The translations under genes were made by a program, and so were the position numbers. Of a stretch of DNA of 64,000 nt, positions 11,612 through 25,551 are shown in pieces; the first letter of the stretch is position 1; every line of letters starts with the position of its first letter. The notes beneath the pieces were generated by a model that had not been told where the DNA came from, searched no databases, and worked only from the letters and a program-made list of their open reading frames with translations. Origin of the DNA: Takakia lepidozioides (taxonomy: Eukaryota > Plantae > Bryophyta); assembly GCA_030704615.1 (NCBI GenBank), contig CM060732.1:26722001-26786000 (forward strand), given 5' to 3'.

Positions 11612-14600
11612 GGGTCTTCAGTTGGGGTCCCACACCACAGGACTTTGAAGACATTGGGATTCTACAAAACAATGTCGAATACTGCTCGCTCCATCACCAA
11701 TGCAAACCAGTGCAATGCGTCATCCACCACAAACTTCTGTGAATGGTCTATTCCATGGAGTAAGTCCATCCTCAAACTATGCAGATCCTTCATCAACTTG
11801 TTGTATGAGCGGAAATTGTCAAATTGCATCCATCTGTGTTGTAGGAAGGAAGCTGCCATGCGCTCAAAGTCCTCATCAGTCAATCCGAACAAGTGCTTTC
11901 TTCGCACCCCAAAGGTTGGATGTGCCACAGGCATATGTCTGAGGTCTTCAGGCCATGGGTCATCCATGAGAATCAGCTGCACAAGTAGAGGCGGCGCATT
12001 TGGACGCTTGTGGCTTCAATGGCAACAGCAGAGGCGGCTTCCAGAACATGGTTGGCTTCCTCAATAGAAAACTCCATGGAATAATGAAAGGGTACAAATG
12101 ACCACCGGCGGTCCGCAACAATCTGGTGGAGCTCATTATGCCAATCCAAATGGGGATTAATTTCTCCCACCCTAAGCCGGGGAAGTGTGAGGTCTTCAGC
12201 TCCGGGTCGAATTACCGGTGATGGCGATCGCCAAACTGCAAAAAGTGTCGTGCTATGTGAGAGAAAGGCAGTCTGCTGGTCAGTCTGTTGGATGACAGGA
12301 CTTCCCATAGGCATGGGCTGCATGATGGGCTCCTGGAGAGGAGTCTGCAGGATGACAGGCTGCTCGTTGGGAGTCTGCTCCGTTGGAGTCTGCTGGATGA
12401 CAGGCTGCTGAATGGGAGTCTACAGGATGATGGCCTGTTGAATGGGAGTCTACTGGATGACAGACTCGGCTGTCCCAGACGCATTCCCCCCCGACGCGTC
12501 TTGAATATGTAATGCCGCTACAGCAGCAGATGACCCAAAATACTTCAATAATATGTACTCCCGCACGCGGTCCACTTCCGCACGCACCGCAGTCGCTTGT
12601 AAAGGAGCATCATTGCTAGGTATCCGCCAAGCCTGAATGGCCCTACGAATAGAAACACGTTCATCCTGGTACACGGCAGAGAACTTGGACGTCAGGAACA
12701 TGGACGTGGACTCTATATTCACCTCATGCAGCAGACTGGACTTACAGACCAGCAGATTGACAGACATAACGTGCGTACGTAGGGTGGAGGCAACTAGTAG
12801 ACTGTACCAGTGGACTGGACCAGCGGACTGACAAACAGACTCAGTAAGTAATGCAGCGATATAAAACAGACTAACTGACGAGCGGAGTGAGCCAGCGGAC
12901 TAAGAAGAGAATGCAGCGGACTGACCAGACTGAATAGGCAACGTGACCCCGATGATGGACTCAAACAGCATAGAGAACAGACTGGGTGGTCAGACTGACC
13001 ATTACATCCTCTACTTCTTCATCGTCATCTTCATCTTCAAAGCTGTTCAACCAGTTCTATTCCGCCTGTCGTAGCAGACCTGACTGGGCAACTCTGTAGA
13101 AATAGAAGAAGTCTGGATCCCCATTTGGTGGGCACTCTGGTGGGAAAAGCCCAAAGTCAACGAGGCGCAATGTGCTAGGGCAGACTGGCCCTTCAGTGCT
13201 CTATTGAATTTTTGGTTTTGACCCTAAACCTATGGCATGGGTCGCGATATTTGTGTGAGTCTGCTGCCAAGTCTGGTCAGGCAAGTCAATGTCCACTGGA
13301 CTTGTCACCCCTTCCAGGCCTTCGAAGTCATCATTCCGGATAATGGTTTGCCCGCCCTGAGTAGATTCACTTTCAGTATCAATACTGATGGTGTGGGTCT
13401 GCCGCCCAGGACGGGGTTCAGTCTGTTGCGTGGATTTTGCCCTTGCCTCGCGAGCAGACCTTGCAGCCTTCTCCTTTTTTTGCCTCTCCTTTTTTTGGGC
13501 CCCATCACTCAGTTTATGTTTTCTGGCAGCGTCCGGCGTTCCCTACACTTGCAAATCCTCCATTGACGGGCCACCAGAATGGACGCCATACCGTGCGCGC
13601 ACTTCGTCTAATTCCAAAGTGCGGGGGTCAAGCACTGATCCGCGCAAGCGCATTGTAGCCTCTTTGACAATCGACATTTCTTTCAGTATCGGCCAAGGCT
13701 TGAAATCCCATGGAATCATTGCAACAGTCTCCTTGCAACCCGTGTCAACACAATGCCGATTTAGTTGGATTTTGTCCTTGATAACCTCTTCACAGAAGGG
13801 ACAGAAGAGCTTGTCCTTCTGCCAATTCGAGTTTTTGGGCTTCCGGGCGTGGAGGTCTACAAATGCTTCCACTATTTTATGATCAAACTCGTCTAGTGAG
13901 TACCAGTACCTTCGCTCCTTCTTCAGTCTGGTTTGGTGCACAAAATCCACCCAGTCCGCTCCACCCTTTTCACAAGCATCCTCCATCGCTGCAGAATGAA
14001 TCGAGGGTGCAAGGACAATGAACGACAGACAAGGAGCGACAGTCCTATGAAAAGACTCACCCTAAGCAAGAAGAGGACACAGAATGGAATGGAAACACCA
14101 TAGCAAGTTAGAACCTCACCGAGCCGATGAACTTCAAGTTGTTACAAAGGCGAGCGTGTTTGCGACGCTTCGCGGCTCACCGCGACTCTCCATAGCTGGG
14201 GAAGAACGGCCGTTTTTCGTTACGGTGATGGAAACGCAAAGAGGAAAACAAAACAGTGCGAAGAAATAGGCGCGAAGAGAATGGAGTCGATCGCACAGGG
14301 AACATGAGAAGAAAGTAGAAGTAGAAGGGGGAAAGCGGGCATGGCACTGCCAACGTGGCGCGATTTCACAGGCGCCAACTATCCGCCGTCATCGCATTGA
14401 ATACGTCCACCGAACAAACGCATCGTACTAAATTCATCCACGGTCCTCGCACGTACAGCAGACTCATTTCCCATCGGGCCGAGAGTCCACCGGACCGCCA
14501 GTCCAGTGGACTGTTCGCTTTGCTGAGGCGAAGCGGCTTTATATTGGAGGCACTTCCCTGCCAGTGGACACACTGAAAAGAGACTGGCAGCAGAAGAGAC

Positions 14601-16567
14601 TGACAAAGTACTAGACGGACAAACTAATATCCATCGGGGAACGATTGTCGAGCACACCTTCAGTTCAGCAGACTGGTTTGCAAAGAAGCGGGCGGAATGA
14701 AGACAAAAGAGAGTAAGGGGAGAACAAGAAAGTCGAACACACCCATTGCAAACAGACTCGCGGCACAACAGACTGATGCATGCACAGTCCAACAGACTGA
14801 TATCCATAAAGGAGAACTATCCAGCAGACGGTCGTTTCGCCAGACTGGCGGGAGAGCAAGCCAAAAGACTGACCGGAGGGAAAATAAGTAGTCGAACAGA
14901 CTTCCGACACAACAGACTGACAAATCCACAAGTGCGACAGATTGATATCCCAACAGACGGACTTCCAGCAGACCGCCTCCAAACTGACTGTTATGCACGC
15001 GATAAGGGGAATATCCGGAGCACTGATGGGCCAGCGGACCCACTGTGAACAGACTCGCGGCACAACGGACCTCACACATCCACGCGCATGTGCAGATGCG
15101 ATTATCTCAGCCTGGTCCGTCTCCTGGCAAATGCGACAATGTACCGATTCTGCACCTACTCCCGTCGTGGCTCAGACATCTGCATTCAGCAGGTATGTGT
15201 GGATGTTTGAGGACCTTAGGACTGGATGGTGTTCCGTGACGACTCGAATTGCTTTTTTGTGCTGCCATCCCTTATATAATACCATGTGGATCCATCACAA
15301 AGCTGGGTTTCTTCAGATTCTCCACCCTTTTCCACAACTTATGCACGACGGATGCAAGCCGCTATACTTGGTCACATAAACAGTCCCATCGTCCGATACG
15401 AAATCTGCAATACACGCCCCCATGTGCATACGCTTCCGCCATTTTTGCGCCCATGTTACCCATGGGTTCCTTTAACGAACTAAACTTGTGAAGGCTCTCA
15501 TGAGGGATGCAGTACGTAGGGGCTAAACGTATCATGACTAATCACAAGCAGAGGACGTTATCGACGATAGATATCCACATTTTCCATATTTATGACATAG
15601 AACCAAACCATAAAACGAAGGTTCCCGAAAGCACAACAAGAAGGCAAAAATAGTGGAAGCATATGCACGATGGTGGCTGTAGTGCCGAGACAGTCCTCTC
15701 ATGTTCAAGCACACGCTTCATCATCATCATGAATATCGCGCGCAAAAGAGGAACAATCGCGTGTATGGAAACGCCTACCGTAACATCGGACAACAAACAG
15801 AGAGCGTCCGGGATTGCCATTTTCGCAACCCTAAAAATGGAGGGCTCGGATGGGTTATGGGAATGGACGGTGGAGATCCTACGCTGTCAGCGGACTGGAT
15901 GGCAGCGGACTAGCGGGCAGACTGGCGGACTGGCAGTCTGTGTCGCTATCTGATGGTATTTCATCCCCTCCTTCAGCAGCTCCGACCACCTGGTCCTGCG
16001 CCGTCATGTGTTCTGCTTCCAGGGCCGAACTCTCCTCTGCTATCTCTTGCAGCGTCAACTTGAGCTTGCGACCTCTCATTCTCTCTCTCGCCCTCTTCCT
16101 CTCTCGCGCTGCGGTGAAAAAAAAAAACTGCCTTCTACGCCTGCCGCTCTCTCGGTGGGAACTGAGTCTCCTACTAGTCTCCAGCTTGAAAATGAGGGTC
16201 TGCTTGGCCCAAAAACGTTGTGCGAGGGGATGCAGGCATGGCAACGCTCGCAACGGTTATGCATGGGTTCACCTCACACGTGTCCACGTAGCACATAAAC
16301 ATTTGTGCATTCTGCACTGGACGCTCACCGGACTGGCCAGCACCGGACTGGCGGACTGGCAGACTGCTGGGCAGCAGACTGGCCAGCAGCGGACTGGCAG
16401 ACTGGAGGGCAGCGGACTCATGGGCGGGGGACTGGCCGCGCGGCGGACGGGGGCGTGGTTGCTGCAGCCGCGCTCGCAGCGGCGGGCGGGGCGGGCGGGG
16501 TGGTGGGGAGCCGGGCGTCCGTGCGCGGGGCCCACCGGCCACATCGGCACGTGCCCATTGAAGACCC
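11612..16567. mobile_element. Candidate ~5-kb TIR DNA element with dense CAGACT/AGTCTG/CGGACT micro-repeats
   Basis: Left end gggtcttcagttgg vs reverse complement of right end gggtcttcaatggg (12/14 match). Dozens of cagact/ggactgg motifs inside; sharp composition change at the right end. No TSD found. Confidence 0.35.
11662..13986 (-). pseudogene. Decayed gene of unknown function with an N-terminal C2HC zinc-finger-like motif (probable TE accessory gene)
   Basis: ORF 13543-13986 contains CPFC-x12-H-x5-C. The frame continues past in-frame TAG stops into basic and then acidic segments (EDEDDDEEVED ~13010). Further same-strand ORFs at 12450-12767, 11973-12323 and 11662-11982. Confidence 0.45.
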
Positions 16568-17667
16568 TATTATCTTAAAATGAGAGGCTTCTTAGACACG
16601 CCTTCTTGCGTTAGAAGTGGTGTCTAAATATATGTTAGTACACTTGCTCATATGCTTGAGACTACTCAAACCAATTTTGTGACTGCGAATGCAGGCTGGG
16701 TTGGGTTGCGGCTTTGGAAGGAGCAGGCTCAGAGCTCTGGCAAAAGGTGTTGGACTCTCACCAAGAAGCAATGTCCATGAATGCATATCCAAAAACTTAC
16801 ACGTATGGATAGAGCATAGCATCCATGCCAATAAGGAGCTAGATTCTCAAGGCTTCATTGACATGACTTTTGAGGTGTATCTCAGTTCTCGGTTGATGGT
16901 TTGTAAGAATTGTGGCTCTCACATAAGAAGCTTTGTGCTAGGAACACACTATGTTCCATAGTGCTAACAAGAACAAACAAACTTGGGGGGATTCATTGTT
17001 GATGTGGGCGTAAGATTTTATGAAAAAGAACAAACCTACCCTCACATCTGAGCAGCTTTGTGCCAGAGATTATCGGAGTATGCACACAAGATTAGATCAA
17101 AAACTTGATTGGAAACAACTCCTGTACAAGAGAGAAAGAACTCATACTTACATTCAACCCAGGATTCAAACCAAAGCTAGTTTCCAACTCCTGAACTGAA
17201 AGCCTTGAAAGATGCTTTCAAACAGGCCTTCTTGTGACCTATCTGCCTCACCCGGAGCCTCCCTTTACGTTATCATCCCAGCCACAGGTAAGAGCATCGA
17301 TACTTGAAAATAGTCTCCACATTGCTAACAAATCCCTTTGACAAATGTGCACATATGTTGACATGTTGTCACATATGTGTCTTGCACAACTACTGCATGA
17401 CACTTTTAAATTTGTACAATCTCTAGCCTACACAATGGCATATTGCTAACACTTTTCCAAGAAATTCCTGCCTCTCTCCTAACTCTTGATTTATGTGCCT
17501 CAATGTGTCTCTTGATTAGTAAACCAGCATATCATAGCAACAAGAATCTCAATAAGATAAAATTCTCCATCTTACAAGAGCAGGCAATAGACATCTGTCC
17601 TGAAAGGCTCCAAAGGGATGGCCTTTCCAAATGCACAGGATTTCCGAGAGATGGTGTGTGCCAAAGC

Positions 17668-18614
17668 CTACATTGAGGCCCGGGTCCTTGCTTTACTTTG
17701 CACAAACTCCACAACAAGGTTTGCAAGCTGACTTTGGTGCAACGTGTAATTGTGATCTGCCCCCTCCACAACTCGAAGGCTGTGGGTGGGAATTCTTTTG
17801 TCAAACTCATGAGCATCTTCCGCAGGCACAGTTTCATCCACTGAGCCATGGACTGTTAAAACCTGACAGTGCTTGGGAATGGCCAAAGACGCAGTATGCA
17901 TGTTTGTGCTCAATCTCTCTTGCATACTCTGTTTGGTGACGCTATACGCGATGTTTCCGGCTCCATCCCTCACATAAAGGATCCCATCCTCTTCCAGTTT
18001 TCGAAGCGCTTTCTTCCCACCCAGTCGAGCATTGATGCCTGCAGAGAGTGGCCGTAGATAAGGACAAACCCAAAGACCTCACAAGGACAATTGGAAAACA
18101 ATCACTGCTCAATTGTCAGCAAGACACGGATCCCTAACTATCACAAGATCAAGAATTGGCAAGGATTACCTCTCTCCAGCGCAAACCGCGCGCTGATGTT
18201 GACGATGGTAGGAACATCCCCGTACTTGGAGGCATACAGCAACACAGCGTTTCCTCCTTTACTGTGGCCGATAAGCGATACAACACGCCAGCCAAGAGAG
18301 GTCCAATAGCTGACAACTGCCCTAAGGTCCTCGGCCTCCCTCCAGTAATTTCCGTATGCAAACCCGCCTTCGCTCTCGCCATTGCCAGAGAAATCGAAGC
18401 GGAAGGTGCTGATTCCTACTTCCATGAGCGCCTTTGCGATACTGCCCAGAGTATTGAGTTCCTTCGAAGAGCGGAAGCCATCCTTGTTCAAAACTCCCAC
18501 TAGTTTCAGGCCCACGCCATTCTCAATGACAACCCTCTTGTTTGCATTGCCCCTGGAGGGATCAGCCGGATCTACAACAGCTACTGAGGGTTGGTTCGAA
18601 GCGGGATCAGACAT
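17668..18614 (-). CDS. Alpha/beta hydrolase (serine hydrolase/esterase family), 2 exons: 18614-18170 and 18038-17668
   Basis: FRFDFSGNGESEG, nucleophile motif GHSKGG, LTVHGSVDETVP (acid) and GADHNY (His). Phase-1 GT-AG intron 18169-18039 joins ...LERG|INARLG... in frame. Confidence 0.88.
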
Positions 18615-19397
18615 CGTTGGCCACTGGAGTGTTTCTCTGCTAAATTAGGAACTATCCTCACCAATAACTTACTGGCTCACAGATTTTTCCTTGAAAATCT
18701 CAGATAAGTAGAGATGCGGGAGGGTAGCATGTAAAATGCGCTCAATCAAGGCCATCGCTCTCCCTCCCTCTTGCCCTTTTTGTAAGCCAGTCATGCCAGC
18801 GACATTTAGCCAACTATAGCTGGTAGAGAGTATAGTTGGACACACCTATACTCAGACTAGATGTATGCTCTTCCGAGATGGAGGATCAAATCTCTTGTTG
18901 GGAAACCAATCCGTGGTGACTAGTCTTGTATATGGCGTATAGCATTTCAAGCTTGGTTTGAATTTGAGTACCCCCATGGAGGTGTTCTGAAAATCTTACA
19001 CTTCCTGGGTGCGCTAAGATCTATCTACTACATGCCACAGCAAGAATCCGCAGCGAGAAAACTCTCCATGGATATAGTAACATTGGAGCCAAACCTAATT
19101 CCTTCCAGAAAGACATATCATCTCCAAGTGACATAGTGGCTGTCATAGTGTGTACTTGCTCAGCTTAAGAGAGCTACTTATATGCTGCTAAAAGAAGATT
19201 GCAAGTGAAGGATCCGCCTGCACACAGCACAGATCAACAAACACATTATTCTCTTTTGGGTTAATACTAGGAGGGCATCCTTCTTCAAGACAGGTTTTTA
19301 AAACTTTACGGATTAATTCTATATGGGAAGGTAAGTCTTACTACCAACGTGAGCCTCTGACAGAGGTAGGATCTGTCCCTTTTGTTTCCCCAAGAGA

Positions 19398-19496
19398 GGG
19401 GGCAACAAAGAAAAAAAAAGAATGTGGGGGGGGGGGGTGACTGAGCAACAGCAGCTCTCCCCCCCCCCACCTTCTTTTCTTTCTTTGTTGCCCCCT
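19398..19496. repeat. ~100-bp imperfect hairpin followed by a CT-rich tract
   Basis: gggggcaacaaagaaa...ggggggggggg pairs with ccccccccc...tttctttgttgccccc. Confidence 0.7.
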
Positions 19497-19579
19497 GATG
19501 TCTCCCTCTCACTCCCTCTCTCTCTCCTTCTCTCTCCCTCTGGAAATTGGGCTTATGGAATTGTTGAGTAATCGATCAC

Positions 19580-20640
19580 CATGCACATGGTAGACGGTTT
19601 CTCACACACACTAAAAAACCTGCTCCCTTGGGATATGTTCATACGCTCTATCCCAACAGAGGAATGGAATGGGTCAATACCAAAGGTCTCATCAAAGAAG
19701 CTTTGGAATTTTTTGAACAGCCTGGTTTATGTATATTGCTTGATGATATTGTGTTTGGATGGACTTATCACAAGTAGTGCAATCTAGACTACTACCAACC
19801 TGCTTCTGTCTTCCGTAACTTCAGTTTCTCACAGGATTTGACACCCAATCATCCATGTCTATGTGAGAGCACCAATAGATTTAAAAGATTCTGCGACAGT
19901 GATACACTAGCAGAATTCCACATGTCTGGTGACTCTCACACTCAACATGTACGGACAATGGACCTCACCATTATCCGACACCATGGTTTGAGGAAGCTAT
20001 TTGGGCTAGGTATGAATCATATCCCTTTGAGAAAAACTCTGCTGAAAGAGGTAGTAGAGGAGGTATCTCTAGCCTTTTGGAAAACATGTGAAATATTGGA
20101 TGTATCAGAATCTGATCCCTGGGTATCTGAATGCCATGAGTGGCTCAAGCAAACCTGCTGGGACAGATTAAAGAAAAAATCATATAAGGGAATTTTCTCA
20201 CAACACGAGAAGAATCCCCTTGAGATGGCGGATGCCCAAGACAAACTAGCTTGGCTTCGAAGTCATCTGTATATGTCAGGCTTGGACAAAACTAACAATA
20301 ATGTTTGTTTCATGTGTATGAAGCATATCAGAACACAAGCCTTTCATAGGCTGATGGGTAAGGACTTTAAGCCATGCATCCAAAATGAGGTATGGACTCC
20401 ACCCACATAAATCAGGGATTCCTTGATTAATGATTTAGAAAGGATGATTCCTGAAATGTCCACTGAAACCTCTGATCTACCATACATCATGGGGATCTAT
20501 AAACTACACAAGAAAAAATACTGGTGGATCTCTAATGCCCACAAATGCATTTTCAGTGGGCTAGCAAGTTTACTTGTGCCACTATGACTCTTTTGCCGCT
20601 CGAGAGTGGGTGAAACTAAAGCTGGATACCTATGAAGGTT
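19580..20640 (+). mobile_element. Penelope-like retroelement ORF remnant (N-terminal region and start of RT)
   Basis: HVRTMDLTII..LRKLFGLGMNH, GLDKTNNNVCFMC (DK..NN..F.C motif) and LPYIMGIYKLHKKKYWWIS (PKLHK-type motif); stops present and 3' truncated. Confidence 0.65.
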
Positions 20641-23600
20641 AGTGCAGGGGGTCCGTGGTCGTACATGGTGGCTATTATCACTATCTAAGTCCTATCGGCA
20701 AAGGATCACGTACTCCTCTTCACAAGGCGAGTTTGCGTTTCTATGTCCTACGGTATCTTACAATCTACTCAGTAATTGCCTTCCAAGTCTTTGTGTTTTA
20801 TTGTCTAATTCCTACCGCCTAGGCCCCCGAGCCGCCTATAGCCGGGACATGTTTTAATCCCTCCACAAGGCACCTGCCGAACCTAGGGAGAAGAGGGAAA
20901 ATCGTCCTCTCCCAATGCCCCTCCTTTGCCGAGGGCTTGAATTCAAGTCATCTCTAAATGGAAGGGCCAACTCTTCCTACCCCACTGCCTAAATACTTTG
21001 TTTTAGCAACGGAGTGGCCAAAATGCCTATCTTTATCCAATAGGTTCACTCAATTCAATAAGGTGGTTCTAAGCCCCTCAACTCAACAAGTTCAATCAGT
21101 TTAATCAACGCCCTGCAGGCTATAACGAGCACCACGTGCATCTATCTTTTTTAAGCAATTTCGCAAATCAGAAATGTTGGAAAATAAAAAAAAACTAAGA
21201 AAATCAGAAAAAATACCTCCCCTGTGGGAAATCATGTGGGGAATCCAAAGATACCCTTAGTGCCTAAAGATGCCCTTGGGAACCCTATGGAAACCAATGA
21301 CAACCGAGGAACACCCGGGAACCGTTCCGTGCCACGGGGAACAGTTGCGGCTCTATCGGATGAATGAATCTTGCTGAGAGCTCATCCCTGCCACTACATT
21401 CATTAGTCCAGAACATGCACGCGTAAATAATAAAATAACCATTGGTGGGTCCAAGCCAGATTTCACCCCCCTTACATTATTTTAAGGCGCTGGTGCGTTT
21501 TCCCTCCGTAGAAAAAGTCATCCTCTACCTTGGGCTCTGACACAAAGGCTCACTGTAGCCGTACTTTCTCTCCTCCCTTGTCTCTCGAGGTCTCCGCCTC
21601 TAGCTCACTGCTCCCAGGCCCGCTTGGCTCTCTCTTGGAGTCCTAAGAACGCTCCCCTCCAAGGCTACGTCCTCCCAAAATCCTAGATTTTATCTACCAC
21701 TGGCGCCTTAGATAATGGCTCCTAACCCTTAGAGGGGTATAAATTGAGTCTAATAGCTAAAGGTAAGAATACCCCCCTTTAAGGGAATTTGGAGCCGCAT
21801 TGCCCGTTGGATAAAACGCCCCCGCTACGTGGCGGGGCGCTGATGCGCGCGTAGCGGTCCAAACCGTGGACCGCTGCGGTTAACGCCAGCGTCCGCCGGT
21901 CCGTCTCAACTTTTGGTTATCCAGCGGGTAAAGACTCGCGCCTTGCTCGCACGCTTCAGGGCCTCACGCCTGAGCCACGCGGCTGATGTACTTAATCTCA
22001 GTAGATTTAAGGTCAGCGCTGGGGCCCCGCTCCCGTACGTCGTGGCTGGGCCACGGCTGCCTCCACGCTTTTAGTAATCGAGTCCCTACTCTCTAGGCGC
22101 AGCACCCGGCTTCCTCCCGGGCTGCTCGCGACTTTGGGGCAGCTGCTGTCAAGCGAAATTAGCCCGCCCAAACCCCAAGACAAAAACAATACAACCCACC
22201 CTCCCCTAGGCCTCCATGGCTTGCTAGTGGGGGGGGGGGGGGGGGATTAGTACATAGAGGCCTTATAGTGGCCTTATATCATAGAGCCAGCCTACTGGCC
22301 TGCCTTTGCCAGAGCTAGCTATATTTCAAATTAGTAATCAAATACAAAGATTCATTTTTCCAACAATTCAAATACAAGCTTCTATTGGTGCCCTTACCAA
22401 TAGACTATGGGGGTCTTCCCCTTGTCACTTCTAGACATGAAATAATGGGATTCCACAATGCACTCTCCTCCTTTGAAGAGTCTAAATCAGATTTTCAACT
22501 TCAAGCTTTGCTTGGAAAATAAATGAATCACATACACAAATGGTGAAATGGTAAGATGGGATCAACCTTTCTATGCGAGAGTGCTTGGGATGCTCTATCG
22601 ACTCAAGTAATGGTACTCTATGCGGCCTCCACTTGGGCTCTCGTCCATAAGTCCATACTAGCCCCTCCTACTCGTCCTCAAGTCACTTTCCTCCACATGA
22701 AATTGCCCTCTTCCTTCACAAATGAAAATGGCTCAAAGGCCCACAAGCTAGGCCACTTGCCTTAGCTTACAAGAATCTTACATAACTAGGGAGCTTCAAG
22801 CTCCACTCCCTAGGATCTAGCCCCTCATCAAGCCAAAAGCTAGCAACAACAACAAGCAAGAGGAAACTAAGCAAATGAGCTAGATGAAGAATAAGTGAAG
22901 CCTTGCCCCCTCTTTTATACTGTTGTTGTGCCTAATAGTTTAAGGGAAAATAGTTATTAAACTATTGTTTCTTTGGAGGATCTATAATATACTATTCCAC
23001 ATGGATGAAAAGTCTTAGAGGCAAATGAAAGCTGTCTTTTCATCCATCCAATAGGATGACCGGTTGGCGCGAGTTGTCATTTCATCCATCCAGCTCCTCA
23101 AGGCGAATTCCAGGATTTTTCATCCATCCAAGAAATAGAAATGCAAATAATAGGCCTTGTGAGTGCCGTTGACTCAATAATTTGGCCCTGCTGCTAATCA
23201 GCTCCATAAATCACCAAACTTGGTGACAAACTACAATTATATACCTCGTATCAGCTTGTAAATTCTCAACTCCATCGGTGGTAAAAAGTTGCGCTTCTCG
23301 CCATTCGTCGTATTTTCGCTACACACATATTTTGTGGTATATTTGGAAATCAAATCCCTGGTGATGGCTCTGGGGTCTTTGACCCTGTCACTTAGTCATA
23401 GGTTGTCCGGAGTCCCCTCCAGTTGTCCCGCACCGCTAACAAGTCCACGCTTCGCCATTTGAAGTCGTCCTGACCTGCTGTCTTTCCGATGCGGCCAATT
23501 GCTTTGTTGCGATATTTCATCGCTATACATGTCGCTTCCACCAATTGCCAAGCTCCTCGCCGTGTGTTCCTACTGGACTTGAAAGGCGGGATAAAAGAGA

Positions 23601-24777
23601 GATCGCAATTTGGGACTGGAACAGTCGTCCTGTATTGTTCGAACAGGATTAACTCGTCGTTTCTAGTACCGAATTGACAGCCTAATTTGTTGTCGATGCA
23701 GCTTCCTACGGTCATCTTGATGCCAGAGTTCCACTCCATGGTTGTCGCAGACACTGTCTAATTTCTTACGTGCTTTACCAACGATTTCCAGACAATTAAC
23801 AAACTAACCTGTTTTGGCAGTACAATGCCGAAACCGCTTGTCTTATGATAAAAAACGATCTGAAAAGAAAAGTGTACCAATATATGCATCTACATATATG
23901 GCGACCAATGGGGAACACTCGTCCCGAGTGTAAGAGAATCCAGGATCTCTGGTTCGTAAAAATCCCCCTACTAGGGTATCCCTAATATCCCTTGGAGTCA
24001 ACGACTCCCTCGAGTAAAGATAAGAATAATTCCCCTCAAGCTCTTCCTCCTCAGAGAGAGTTCGAGTCTTCCGGGAGAGAGAAGGAAATAAAAGCAAAAG
24101 CCAAAAAAATGTTTCAAAACCACCCAGCTCGCCATCTTCGGAGAGAGTTGGAGTTCCCAAAAAATACTTCAAAACCGTCATTCTCCCCCACCGGACTGGG
24201 TTTGAATCCCCTAGATGATGTAAGAGAGCTATGCGCGGTGCAAATTGATGATTCTACTCTAAAATAGCCTTGGAAGGACTTTTGGTTCTACCCTACTTGA
24301 CATGGCTTGCAGGGACTTCTCATGGATGTGCACAGCTCATGGAAAATCGTTCACTGCAAACTACGACCTCGACTCGAATCCGGAAGGGTCTAGAAGCTCC
24401 TAAACATGATGCTTCTGGGAGTCCTAATTCTTGGCTCCCACAACAACAGAAAAGATTGGATACCCAAGGACCCTACCCATGGAATAAACGTACCATTCCT
24501 AATTACAATCTAACTTGGTTCATGACTCGCAGGGACCTCTCATGGATTTCGCAGAGCTCATGATGAAATTCTTGACCTAAGAAATAATTGGATCCATTCT
24601 GCACCTCAGAGGACCATACTCTAGAACAATGTAACATTCTATCTGAAAAGGTCACAGGCCCTTCTGGGTTTTCTTGTGCCTTACGCCCTTCACTCATGTG
24701 AGGGGAGCAGCAACCACTGCTCTACAAGTCACCTTTTACCCCCTCACTGCTTCTGACTTTTCTCTCTCTACGAGGAA

Positions 24778-25474
24778 TGTTGCAGCAGGGTAAGGTGAAA
24801 ATGACAAAAGGTTTAAGGTTTAGAATCCCCGTGCGGGAAGTCGCTGTGCTCCATGCACGGAGCATCAATATAATGCAGAATGCTTGATACAACAAGCATT
24901 TACTTTTTCTGGAGATATGCTTTGAGTAGACACATATAGACTCTGTGATAAAAAAACAAATGTGATCGACAGTGTGCATTTAACAAGAGTGCATATATTA
25001 GCCAACCCATTGTTCTCATTCCTGCACTTGTGGTTCTTCACTTGGTGAAGAAGAAAAGAAACTCACAACACGTGATTAGTAACGAAGAGGTATGAAGTTT
25101 TCTACTTGGCAATTGGATGGTCATAGCTTTTATAGCTTATGCCATATCAAACGAATTCTAATTCTACAAGGTGGGTTAGATTACTGCACTCTATGTGCCA
25201 CGCATCCCAAGGTCTGTCCTCATGGATTCCAATAACTACCCAAAAATTCACTCTGGAGAACAAACCACCTCTTTAATGCAACTGCGTTGCCCCGCATCCC
25301 AAGATCTACCCTTGGAATTCCAAGAAAGGTGTCAATAACCTACTTGGGTAAGAGCCCTACTGACTTCTTCCCATTGGAGAAGTTTCATTGGATTATTGCA
25401 ACTTAGTTGCCCCGCACTCCACCTTGTTGTGGAGCTCCAATAACCAATGAGTCAATGGATAGGAAATACCAACA
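24778..25474 (-). repeat. Probable 3' LTR of the minus-strand Ty3/Gypsy element
   Basis: On the minus strand it begins TGTTG directly after a purine tract (GGAAGGAAA) downstream of the integrase stop and ends CAACA. Confidence 0.6.
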
Positions 25475-25551
25475 TTTCCTTCCGACAAACCGGGACGAAA
25501 TCCTAAAGATCTCTCCCTTAGTGGGGGGAATAGTTCATTGGTTAATGGAAC

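Noticed and set aside
14355-16583. Many overlapping ORFs of 60-240 aa
   Set aside because: They arise from GC-rich CAGACT/GGACT micro-repeats on both strands and show no recognisable domain.
20633-24692. Possible single LTR element bounded by TGAAGG...CCTTCA
   Set aside because: No TSD, no paired LTR and no coding motifs. The left TGAAGG also fits the Penelope-like reading frame.
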